Shown: one piece after another, positions 50,012-58,968 of the stretch
Layout of the letters: each line of letters opens with the position of its first letter
How positions within the stretch are numbered: position 1 is the stretch's first letter
From: Candidatus Multivoradales bacterium
GTDB taxonomy: Bacteria; Acidobacteriota; Thermoanaerobaculia; Multivoradales; J023
Reading direction: 5' to 3'
Length of the DNA stretch: 64,000 bases
NCBI GenBank assembly: GCA_965248925.1
Contig: CBDFLE010000006.1
Location: forward strand, 4,064,001-4,128,000
The notes under the pieces: model-generated
The model's database searches: none
Told to the model about the DNA's origin: nothing
What the model saw: the letters and a program-made list of their open reading frames with translations, nothing else
Translations under genes and position numbers: made by a program

Positions 50012-52543
50012 ATGACCCTCAACCACCACATTCTGCCAGCTGCCAACCCGAGCGCCAGGCTCAGCGGCTGGCGTCTATTGGCAGTCTGGGTGTTGATCTG
50101 CGCAACCGCGGCCTGCGGCACGGAAGAGCAGCTCCCCGAGGCCCCTGCCTTGGCCGGCGAGAGCATAGGGGATTTGGCGACCTCGCCAGATATTCGCTGT
50201 GGCCACCATCTCGAGCAAGGTGAGAATCAGTTGGCCCGCGCGGTCTGCGAGGAGGCGGTCGAGCAGGCTAGGCGGGACGCCAACCCGCGGCTCGAAGCCT
50301 CGGCGCTCAGCAAACTCGGCCAAGCCTGGCATGCGTCGGGCGATTTGCAGCGCGCCCTTGAACTCTACGGTCAGTCCCGTGACCTGGCGACCGCGGTTGG
50401 CGCGAGGGATTTGGCGACGGCTGCCGGGCACAACCTGGCGGTGTTGTTCGGTTCGGTAGGGCGCTACGACGATGCGGCTGAGCAGTTGCGGCGAGTAGTT
50501 TCGCAGCATGCTCCCGGTCCGGAACGGGCTGTGAGCACCATGACCTTCGGTCTGGCCCTGGTGGATAGTGGGCGGTTGCAGGAGGGCCTTGCTACCTACC
50601 ACCAAGCGCTCCAGCGACTGCGGGCTAGCGGCCAGACCGCCTACCTGGCGTTGACCCATGATCTGCGCGGCAAGTTGCTACTCCAGCTGGGTCGCCCGGA
50701 GGAGGCTCTAGCGCAGCATCAGCTGGCACTGCGGCTGATCAGAGAGACCGACGCCGTGCCCATCAAGGCCCATATTCACCTCAGCCTGGGCCTGCACTAT
50801 CAGCAGCGCGGCGACTGTGCGGCTGCCCGGCAATCCTTACGCCATGCCCGGCAGCTCTTCACCGAGCAGGGAAACGACGCCGCGGTGGCCGAGGGTGTGC
50901 CGGCAGAGGCACGTTGTCTGGCGTCGCAAGGCCACTGGCAGGAGGCTGAAGGTATATTGAATGAGGCGATGGAGAAGATCGAAGCGATGCGGGCTCGCCT
51001 TGCCCAACCCTCAATGCGGGGCGACTACCTGGGCTCCCGCTTTGGCATTTTTGGTACCGCGGTAGAGCTGGCCATGGAGCGTCATCGCGCCGAGCCTGGG
51101 GCTGGTCACGATGAGCGCGCCTTCGAACTCGCCGAAGGTGCTCGGGCTCGCACCCTGCTCGACCAACGGGTGAGGGTCGAACAGCGTTCGCGCTGGCGTT
51201 CCGACAGTGAGGAGGGGCGCCTGCGTCAGCGGCTCAGTGAGCTGGAAAATCGCCAGCTTCGTGCTCAGCTCGCTGGCCGCGAGCCAGCAGCGGAGTTGAA
51301 TCAGCGGATCGAGCAGCTCTACCAGCGCATCGATCGTCTCACCGGTCCCTTGCCACTCACCACGCCGCCCCTTGACTTGGCGACGATCCAAGCGGAGATC
51401 CTCGAGCCTGGGACCGTCCTCTTGAGCTTTCTATTGGGCAGCGAGCGCAGTCATCTGTGGTGGATCGAGCACAACGATCTGCACAGCTTCGAGCTGCCGG
51501 GTGTCGAGATCATCGATCGCTTGGCGCGCCAGGTACACCGCTCTTTGGCCAGTCCGGCGGATGCTGCCGGCGCTGACCAGCGCGAGCTCGATTTGAGGGA
51601 TCTCAGTGGTTTGTTGCTCGGCCCGGTGGCCGAGCGGTTAGCAGGGCAGCGCCTGCTGGTGGCGGCCGATGGCGCGCTGCATTACTTGCCCTTTGCGGTG
51701 CTTGCCCATCCGCTTACCGGCGAGCCCCTGGTGATGGAGCACGAGGTGGTTCACCTGCCCGCCGCGTCGTTGCTGGTGGCGCAGCGGCGGCGGCTAGTCG
51801 ATCGTTCGCCGGCCAAAGGTTGGTTAGCGGCGATCGGCGATGCAGTCTTCGATGCTGACGATCCCAGGTTGTCGGCAGCCGGTGCTGGCGTTGTGGTGCC
51901 GGGAACCGAGGAAACAGCTACGGCCAGCCGGGCGCTTGCCGGCCTGGGCATTGCGGGCTTGCGGCGATTGCCATTCTCGGGTCGTGAGGTAGAAGCCATT
52001 GGCAAGTCAGGCAAGCGAGAGGATGAGGTACTGCCCGCCACTGGCTTCGCCGCCACCCGCGAGCTGCTGCTCGGCGGCGGTGTGCGAGGTTTTCGCATTA
52101 TCCATCTGGCCACGCACGGGGTGTTCGACACTAGCCATCCTGAACGGTCCGGCTTGGTGTTCTCGCTTTTTGATCGCCAGGGGCGCCCGATCGATGGTTT
52201 GGTGCAGGCTCACGACATCACTGACCTCGACTTGCCCGCCGAGTTGATCGTGCTGAGCGCTTGCCGGACGGCACTTGGCAAAGAAGTACGTGGCGAGGGT
52301 TTGATGGGCCTCACCCAAGCGTTCTTTCAGGCCGGTGCCGCTCGCTTGATAGTCAGTTTCTGGCGCATTCCCGATCGTTCGACCGCCGAGTTGATGGGTC
52401 GTTTCTACCGTCACCTGGGTGAGGGCGGCCTGGCCCCAGGGGCGGCACTCCAGCAGGCCCAACGCTCGATGTATCAGGAGGGGTACGCCCCGCACCAATG
52501 GGCCAGCATGGCCCTGATCGGCGATTGGCGAGCCTTCGAATAG
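50012..52543 (+). CDS. TPR-CHAT (caspase-like) protein, possibly a lipoprotein
   Basis: TPR repeats, AEGARARTLLD, DGALHYLPF, HLATHG, LSACRT, SFWRIPD, HQWASM. Confidence 0.9.
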   Translation: MTLNHHILPAANPSARLSGWRLLAVWVLICATAACGTEEQLPEAPALAGESIGDLATSPDIRCGHHLEQGENQLARAVCEEAVEQARRDANPRLEASALSKLGQAWHASGDLQRALELYGQSRDLATAVGARDLATAAGHNLAVLFGSVGRYDDAAEQLRRVVSQHAPGPERAVSTMTFGLALVDSGRLQEGLATYHQALQRLRASGQTAYLALTHDLRGKLLLQLGRPEEALAQHQLALRLIRETDAVPIKAHIHLSLGLHYQQRGDCAAARQSLRHARQLFTEQGNDAAVAEGVPAEARCLASQGHWQEAEGILNEAMEKIEAMRARLAQPSMRGDYLGSRFGIFGTAVELAMERHRAEPGAGHDERAFELAEGARARTLLDQRVRVEQRSRWRSDSEEGRLRQRLSELENRQLRAQLAGREPAAELNQRIEQLYQRIDRLTGPLPLTTPPLDLATIQAEILEPGTVLLSFLLGSERSHLWWIEHNDLHSFELPGVEIIDRLARQVHRSLASPADAAGADQRELDLRDLSGLLLGPVAERLAGQRLLVAADGALHYLPFAVLAHPLTGEPLVMEHEVVHLPAASLLVAQRRRLVDRSPAKGWLAAIGDAVFDADDPRLSAAGAGVVVPGTEETATASRALAGLGIAGLRRLPFSGREVEAIGKSGKREDEVLPATGFAATRELLLGGGVRGFRIIHLATHGVFDTSHPERSGLVFSLFDRQGRPIDGLVQAHDITDLDLPAELIVLSACRTALGKEVRGEGLMGLTQAFFQAGAARLIVSFWRIPDRSTAELMGRFYRHLGEGGLAPGAALQQAQRSMYQEGYAPHQWASMALIGDWRAFE

Positions 52544-52799
52544 CGGCCCCAAGCCCCCTGGCCACCTACCCGTTCTGGTCGCGCATTCTGCCCAATGCGG
52601 CTCCATCCCGGCGATCGACAATACGTTCCGTCTTGATCCCACCAGACCTCTCAGGGCAATTCCGACGTGTACTCGAGGTTCTTCGGGTACTGGAGTCTGA
52701 GTTCTTGTCTTAATCCCACCAGACCTCTCAGGGCAATTCCGACCAAGCTGCACGGCGTCTGAGGTGCTCCCCATGGTTCTACCACGGCCAATGAGAGTT

Positions 52800-53645
52800 T
52801 TAGCACACTCTCATTTCTTGCTTGCTCATCGCACCAGCAAACTCAGCCGGCGGTAGGTTCCCCAACGAGCTGTGGGGACGTACATGGTTGTAGTCTATTC
52901 GCCAGTGCTCGATCTTGCGGCGAGCGTCTACTAAGTTCGTGAACCAGTGCAGGTTGCGGCACTCATCTCGCAGGCGGCCATTGAAGCTCTCCACAATACA
53001 GTTTTCGATGGGCTTGCCGGGCCGAATAAACAACAAGGTGACGGCGTTCTGGTAGGCCCACTCATCCAAGGCTCTGCTAGTAAACTCCGGGCCGTTGTCC
53101 ACCACAATCCGGTGCGGGTATCCTCGACTCTCGGCAACGCGATCTAGTACTCGGGCCACACGATGACCCGACAGGGACGTATCGACCTCGATAGCTACAC
53201 ACTCTCTCGTTGCCTCGTCCACAACGTTGAGAGCTCGGAAGCAGCGTCCACCTGCCAAAGTGTCGCTGATGAAGTCCATCGACCACTGCTCATTGGCTTG
53301 CTCAGGAACGACTCGCGGCAAGCGGTTTGCCTGCGCTACTCGCTTGCGCTTCCGGCGCCGCACAGCGAGCCCCAGGGCCTTGTAGAGCCGATAGACGCGC
53401 TTATGGTTGATCTGCTTGCCTTCGCGTCGTAGCAGCACATGCAGGCGCCTGTAGCCAAAGCGTGGCCGCTCGCCAGCGAGCTCTAGGAGTCTTTCCACTA
53501 CCTGTTCTTCATCAGGATTCTCTTGGCGGTGATAGCGCACCATCGAGCGACAGGTAGTCGCCAGACGGCACGCTCGGCGCTCACTACAACTGCGGCGCTC
53601 CCGGATCCACTCGACTGCCTCACGCCGGGTCGCGGGCGTCACCAT
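52800..53645 (-). CDS. IS3 transposase OrfB (DDE)
   Basis: [41 protein letters not shown]. Confidence 0.93.
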   Translation of the reverse strand: MVTPATRREAVEWIRERRSCSERRACRLATTCRSMVRYHRQENPDEEQVVERLLELAGERPRFGYRRLHVLLRREGKQINHKRVYRLYKALGLAVRRRKRKRVAQANRLPRVVPEQANEQWSMDFISDTLAGGRCFRALNVVDEATRECVAIEVDTSLSGHRVARVLDRVAESRGYPHRIVVDNGPEFTSRALDEWAYQNAVTLLFIRPGKPIENCIVESFNGRLRDECRNLHWFTNLVDARRKIEHWRIDYNHVRPHSSLGNLPPAEFAGAMSKQEMRVC

Positions 53646-53905
53646 TTTCTCGACAGGGCTTCTTTGAGCACTTGCTTGTCCAGAGTTAACTCGGCAACAG
53701 CGACCTTTAGCCGCCGATTCTCCTGCTCTAGCTCTCGCAGTCGACGCGCCTCGCTGACCCCCATGCCACCGAACTTCGACTTCCACCGGTAGTAGGTTCC
53801 TTGGGACACGCCGTGTTCCCGGCATACGTCCTTCACTCGCTGCCCCGACTCCACTTGGTCGAGAACTCGGATGATCTGCTCTTCACTAAATCGGCTCTTG
53901 CGCAT
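53639..53905 (-). CDS. IS3 transposase OrfA (HTH)
   Basis: [12 protein letters not shown]...[31 protein letters not shown]. Confidence 0.93.
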   Translation of the reverse strand: MRKSRFSEEQIIRVLDQVESGQRVKDVCREHGVSQGTYYRWKSKFGGMGVSEARRLRELEQENRRLKVAVAELTLDKQVLKEALSRKW

Positions 53906-55860
53906 CGGCTCCTCCTCATGCCCAGTCTCTCATTTTGACTGGACCAGAATTCGGGGAGCACCTCACGTCAACACCATCCCTCGAGACGGAACCTGTCTTA
54001 ATCCCACCAGACCTCTCAGGGCAATTCCGACTCGAAAGAGGTGTTCGAAAATGGCCAAGCAAAGCCAGAGTCTTCATCCCACCAGACCTCTCAGGGCAAT
54101 TCCGACGACTTTTTTTTGGGGACACGATTCTGGGTATTCTGTCCCGTCTTCATCCCACCAGACCTCTCAGGGCAATTCCGACAGTGACGAGTGGCGGATG
54201 GTATTTGATTTGTCCGCAACGTCTTCATCCCACCAGACCTCTCAGGGCAATTCCGACTGGCTGACATTCCCATTCCTGACAGGATGGTGATGGAGGGTCT
54301 TCATCCCACCAGACCTCTCAGGGCAATTCCGACGCACGGAAGCAGTGGCCCGTGAGGCACAAGCCTCGCTGTCTTAATCCCACCAGACCTCTCAGGGCAA
54401 TTCCGACCGGACGAGACGGTTTTCGTCGTCACCGAGATCCTGGCTACAGTCTTAATCCCACCAGACCTCTCAGGGCAATTCCGACCGTTCAATTCCAGCG
54501 GCGCGGTTGCAGGCGAGTTCCACCGTCTTAATCCCACCAGACCTCTCAGGGCAATTCCGACAAGGCCGAGTGCTGCCGATCAACGGTGACTCCACCAACG
54601 TGTCTTAATCCCACCAGACCTCTCAGGGCAATTCCGACCACCTCTTTCGGGATGGTGGGATGATCATCACTTCTTGGTTGTCTTAATCCCACCAGACCTC
54701 TCAGGGCAATTCCGACTTGAACGGGATAGCATATATTTCATCCATCTCAGGATCAGTCTTAATCCCACCAGACCTCTCAGGGCAATTCCGACATAACAAT
54801 TGAAGAGTGCAAGCTAAAGTTTAAGGAAGGTCTTAATCCCACCAGACCTCTCAGGGCAATTCCGACCGAGTATGCAACGGGGAACCTTGTTGGAATCAGT
54901 GATGAGGGTCTTAATCCCACCAGACCTCTCAGGGCAATTCCGACAAGGCCGAGTGCTGCCGATCAACGGTGACTCCACCAACGTGTCTTAATCCCACCAG
55001 ACCTCTCAGGGCAATTCCGACCACCTCTTTCGGGATGGTGGGATGATCATCACTTCTTGGTTGTCTTAATCCCACCAGACCTCTCAGGGCAATTCCGACT
55101 TGAACGGGATAGCATATATTTCATCCATCTCAGGATCAGTCTTAATCCCACCAGACCTCTCAGGGCAATTCCGACATAACAATTGAAGAGTGCAAGCTAA
55201 AGTTTAAGGAAGGTCTTAATCCCACCAGACCTCTCAGGGCAATTCCGACCGAGTATGCAACGGGGAACCTTGTTGGAATCAGTGATGAGGGTCTTAATCC
55301 CACCAGACCTCTCAGGGCAATTCCGACTCTATTTGGAGGCCCTCTATTTGGAGGCCCTCGAGAAAATCGTCTTAATCCCACCAGACCTCTCAGGGCAATT
55401 CCGACTGTTTTGGGGGGTTTTACGCAACTTGGCAGGATTGGAGAGTCTTAATCCCACCAGACCTCTCAGGGCAATTCCGACAGCGTAGACGCAGGAGGCG
55501 GCAAGTATGTGGGTGGCCCGTCTTAATCCCACCAGACCTCTCAGGGCAATTCCGACCTTCCTTATGTTCCAACAGTCGGTCGGGTCAGTCAACCGTCTTC
55601 ATCCCACCAGACCTCTCAGGGCAATTCCGACGCACGGAAGCAGTGGCCCGTGAGGCACAAGCCTCGCTGTCTTAATCCCACCAGACCTCTCAGGGCAATT
55701 CCGACTTTCGATACTTAAATTCAGCGCCAAACTGGCATTTAAGCGTCTTAATCCCACCAGACCTCTCAGGGCAATTCCGACGTAAAGGTTCTCCTCGATC
55801 CTACTCCACTTACGTCTTTGTGTGTCTTAATCCCACCAGACCTCTCAGGGCAATTCCGAC

Positions 55861-56058
55861 CCCTGCCTCTGTAAGTGGCTCATTCTATTGAGTTTAAGTG
55901 TCTCGTTTCTGTACCCTCTATTTTCTGTTAGCAAAACCATTCGAAAAGTTACCCGTAAGTGCCTCTGCTCAAGAGGCTATCCCACTGAATCAAAGCCACT
56001 TACAGGTATTTGTGTATCCTCCGGTCAAAACTGGCTTGAGAGCCTGGTATGCTCTTTG
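55861..56058 (-). promoter_or_regulatory. CRISPR leader
   Basis: AT-rich, next to the terminal consensus repeat; 12-bp inverted repeat CTGTAAGTGGCT (55869-55880) / AGCCACTTACAG (55994-56005). Confidence 0.75.
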
Positions 56059-56406
56059 CTAGTTAGCACCTTCCAGCTTCTGGCGCAGCCTGAAATCACG
56101 CCGTAAGGCTTGATCATCAGCCTGCGTGGCCGAATAGAGGGTTTGGATCGCTTCATTCAGCGACTCCTGCCGCACCCCGCCGATGATGGCGTAGAGGTGC
56201 ATACCCAGATCATGCGGCAGCTGGTCCTCGCCCATTTGTTGGCTATCCACGGGGATAGGCAGCATTCGACTGAGCTGGAACAGATGCTGATCGCAGCGCT
56301 GTAGCGAGATGACCAACTCGAGCAACTTGCTCTGCGCTTTGGCCAAGTCCAGCGGGCCATTTTGCCCCTGGAGGTTGATTGAGGTAGAGTAGTCGGAATC
56401 CGACAT
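56059..56406 (-). CDS. Hypothetical helical protein (115 aa) between cas1 and the leader
   Basis: AGGGAGG RBS before ATG at 56406; amphipathic helical sequence. Confidence 0.65.
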   Translation of the reverse strand: MSDSDYSTSINLQGQNGPLDLAKAQSKLLELVISLQRCDQHLFQLSRMLPIPVDSQQMGEDQLPHDLGMHLYAIIGGVRQESLNEAIQTLYSATQADDQALRRDFRLRQKLEGAN

Positions 56407-56533
56407 AGGGCTTCCTCCCTGTGTGGGATGGCTCGGTGAGTATTCGAAGTATTCACCGGGCCGTTTGGTGAAAGGTCTGGTGGGACCTACTTTCATCTGT
56501 TGATCAATCATGAGTCGATCGACGAAAGCGACT

Positions 56534-56577
56534 TCATATCTAGTTGGAGTATATGAGATGTCGGTCATTCTTGTCAA
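56534..56577 (-). promoter_or_regulatory. sigma70-like promoter TTGACA-N18-TATACT with overlapping TCATAT...ATATGA inverted repeat
   Basis: -35 at 56577-56572, -10 at 56553-56548. Confidence 0.55.
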
Positions 56578-56587
56578 GCCATTCCGG

Positions 56588-57577
56588 TCAAGTACCCATG
56601 CGAAAGCCATTGTATTCGACTCCCTCTAGAGCCTCTCTGTAGCGCTCTACTTGGCGACGAAAGAGCTCACGGTAGCAGAGCCGAGCACCGCCGACGGAAA
56701 CCTCACCTTCGAGTGCCTTCTCCCAAGCCGGGAAGAATCTTTTTTGACCCAAACGGGTCAGCCGAACACCTTTGTTGGGATGTTTTCGAAAATGCTCAAG
56801 CCGCAGGATCTTTGTTCTGACCAGGCGGAGCACGAAACGATCGACCAATGGGGCTCGAAACTCCTCGAGTAGATCCAAGGCCAAGGACGGCCGCCCGTAT
56901 TGAGTTTGATGCAGCACCCCCAGGTAGGGATCAAATCCCATGCCGTCCAGCAACGCCTGCAGCTCCACGCCGGCCAAGACATAGGCGAATGAGAGTAGCG
57001 CGTTGACCGGGTCCGGGGGAGGGCGGCGTTTGCGGCCTGGGAACTCGAACGGCGCCGGGATGAGCTTGGCCAGCAGAGAGAAGTGGCGGCGGGCAGCGGC
57101 TCCCTCGGTGCCCAGCAAAGACCCCATCGAACCCGCTTCGAGAGCCTGAGCGGCGGCTGATTTCAGCTCGCGAATCTCGCTCAGCGGGACTTCCTTGGGA
57201 TGGTTGCCGCGAAACCGCTGCCACACAGCCGCCGCTCCGCGGATCTTGTTGCTGACCAGACGACGGCTCAGATCGAGGCAGAAGTCAGGATCGACCGATC
57301 TTTCGTACTGCCGCAGACGAAGATGGACATTCTTGGTCTCTGGCGGTGTTAGCTGGCCGCGGAGGCGGCCGTTGCGCGATAGCAAGGCTAGCTCAATGCC
57401 GTGGTCCAGCATCTCTACCGCCGCCTGCGTGGTAAACTGAACGTTGCCGAATAGCATTACTGTGGTCAGCTTCCTGCACGGCACTTCGAGCAAGATGCGG
57501 TCGTCCTTTTCTACATAAAGACGGTCACTGGTTTTGCGGACGATCGCTTGCTGTTCGGTGATGTAGAGGGTTGTCAT
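56588..57577 (-). CDS. cas1: CRISPR-associated endonuclease Cas1
   Basis: TLYITEQ, LLGTEG, RRPPPDPVNALLS, DPYLGVLH, LALDLLEEFR. Confidence 0.96.
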   Translation of the reverse strand: MTTLYITEQQAIVRKTSDRLYVEKDDRILLEVPCRKLTTVMLFGNVQFTTQAAVEMLDHGIELALLSRNGRLRGQLTPPETKNVHLRLRQYERSVDPDFCLDLSRRLVSNKIRGAAAVWQRFRGNHPKEVPLSEIRELKSAAAQALEAGSMGSLLGTEGAAARRHFSLLAKLIPAPFEFPGRKRRPPPDPVNALLSFAYVLAGVELQALLDGMGFDPYLGVLHQTQYGRPSLALDLLEEFRAPLVDRFVLRLVRTKILRLEHFRKHPNKGVRLTRLGQKRFFPAWEKALEGEVSVGGARLCYRELFRRQVERYREALEGVEYNGFRMGT

Positions 57578-58533
57578 ATCGAACTCTCCTTGCTGGCGAC
57601 CGAGCGCAGCTCGATATAGCGTCGTAGCCCAAGAGCCTGGGGCAGCGACGGCCGGCGCCGCTCTCGCTTCGCAGTGTCGAATGGGCGATAGATGGCATCG
57701 CCCACGAAGAGGGCGCCGAGAAAGCGAAAGCCACGCTCGAAGTTAGTCACCGAGGTCTTGGTGGGTTCGAGCAGCAGCTCCAGCTCGGCCAGCAACTCAT
57801 CGGCTACTCCCAGGGCGGTTTCGGCAGCAGGCTCGTCGCGGCAGAGGAGAATGAAGTCGTCGCCGTAGCGAACCGCCTGTTGACCGCGTCGCATCAGCTC
57901 CTCGTCGAACCGGTCGAGAAAGAGGTTGGACAGCATCGGTGAGACCACAGACCCCTGCGGTAGGCCCGCTTTGAGCTGCCAGATCGAAGTCCCATCGTAG
58001 ACTTCGGCGCAGACCCACAGCTCGATCAGAGTTTCTAAGTAAGGGTGAAGAGAGAGTTCCTTGACCCGACCCATCAATAGCCGATGGTCTACGCTGTCGA
58101 AAAAGTCGTCGATATCGGCGTCGACCACCCAGCGGAAACCGCGATCACGAAGATCTCTGACTCGCAACACCGCGTCTCTGACCGAGCGCCCGGTTCGATA
58201 GGCGAAGCTGCTGTCCTCGAAGCTAGCTTCGAAGCGTTCGCGACAGAGGAGATAGACGGCGCTCTGGGCGACCCGGTCGCGCACCGTCGGCACGCTCAAC
58301 CAGCGCTGACCGCCGTTCGGCTTGCCGACCGCAAAGCGCATCAGCGGCAGAGGGCAATAGACCCGGCGCGCCAGTGAGTTGGCGAGATCGTCGAGTTCGT
58401 AGTCCAAGCGGGCTCTGAAGCCGCCAAGATCCTGCCCATCGCAGCCGCGGCAGCCGCCGTTCTTGGCCACCCGCTCGAAGGCTCGGTGAAGCAGGCCGCA
58501 GGACGTCAGCTCTGCCATCAGTTCGTCGTTCAC
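57574..58533 (-). CDS. CRISPR-associated stand-alone reverse transcriptase (group II intron RT-like)
   Basis: GCDG, PTVRDRVAQ, SFAYR, DADIDDFFD, GLPQGSVVSPMLSN, RYGDDF, FRFLG; 4-nt overlaps with cas2 and cas1. Confidence 0.93.
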   Translation of the reverse strand: MNDELMAELTSCGLLHRAFERVAKNGGCRGCDGQDLGGFRARLDYELDDLANSLARRVYCPLPLMRFAVGKPNGGQRWLSVPTVRDRVAQSAVYLLCRERFEASFEDSSFAYRTGRSVRDAVLRVRDLRDRGFRWVVDADIDDFFDSVDHRLLMGRVKELSLHPYLETLIELWVCAEVYDGTSIWQLKAGLPQGSVVSPMLSNLFLDRFDEELMRRGQQAVRYGDDFILLCRDEPAAETALGVADELLAELELLLEPTKTSVTNFERGFRFLGALFVGDAIYRPFDTAKRERRRPSLPQALGLRRYIELRSVASKESSI

Positions 58534-58805
58534 AGGACGTAGACCTCCGGGTCATGGGTTAGCTCGCCGACCCCGAGAATCCGTACTCGCGGATGGCATT
58601 GCCCGCATAGCAGGTAGAGCCGCAAGCTGTCGACTTCTGGGTCGATCTCACGGGCTGTCGCGGCCTCCAGCTCCGCGATGCCCGTCGGCTCCAACCAGCA
58701 CTCGAAGACCGACAGCTGGACCCGCCGGCCGAAATCCTCGAGCCGGTGCGCCAGCCGGGTGCGGCGGCGGTCGTCTGAGATGTCATAAGAAATCAGCACT
58801 AGCAT
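58530..58805 (-). CDS. cas2: CRISPR-associated Cas2
   Basis: MLVLISYDISDDRRR...RVQLSVFEC...DSLRLYLLCGQC. Confidence 0.95.
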   Translation of the reverse strand: MLVLISYDISDDRRRTRLAHRLEDFGRRVQLSVFECWLEPTGIAELEAATAREIDPEVDSLRLYLLCGQCHPRVRILGVGELTHDPEVYVL

Positions 58806-58968
58806 CAAGGGCTCCAGCAGCCGGCGAAGTTCCAAATCGGCCGGCTCTGATTGGGTAGACCCCATCTCTCGGCCCGAGGGTGGAGAAGAATTCCGAAATA
58901 ATCTGCCGGATTCGACGCCCTGCTCCAACTTTGGTTCCGGCTTCGCTTATTTGGTCCATAATCTGTGC

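Larger units (their letters stand above)
52760..53965 (-). mobile_element. IS3-family (IS407-like) element, 1206 bp, inserted in a CRISPR spacer
   Basis: IRs starting TGAGGTGCTCCCC at both ends; 4-bp target duplication CGTC at 52756-52759 and 53966-53969. Confidence 0.95.
52630..55860 (-). CRISPR. CRISPR array: 27 repeats of 37 bp (GTCGGAATTGCCCTGAGAGGTCTGGTGGGATTAAGAC in inferred transcription sense), 26 spacers of 37-42 bp, 20 unique
   Basis: Repeats counted by eye, first starting at 52630 and last at 55824; variant repeats cluster at the left (trailer) end; AT-rich leader and cas genes lie to the right. Confidence 0.97.

Noticed and set aside
52553-52629. Possible 28th degenerate repeat plus spacer
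   Set aside because: Only scattered similarity (CCACC, ATTC) to the consensus
52630-55860. Short ORFs overlapping the array
   Set aside because: Translations of repeats and spacers (IPPDLSGQFR, RNCPERSGG)
52630-55860. Self-targeting spacers within the window
   Set aside because: No match noticed by eye; a proper alignment is still needed
57574-58533. RT as a group II intron, retron or DGR
   Set aside because: No maturase/endonuclease extension, no room for intron RNA or msr-msd, no TR/VR pair; it is coupled to cas1 and cas2
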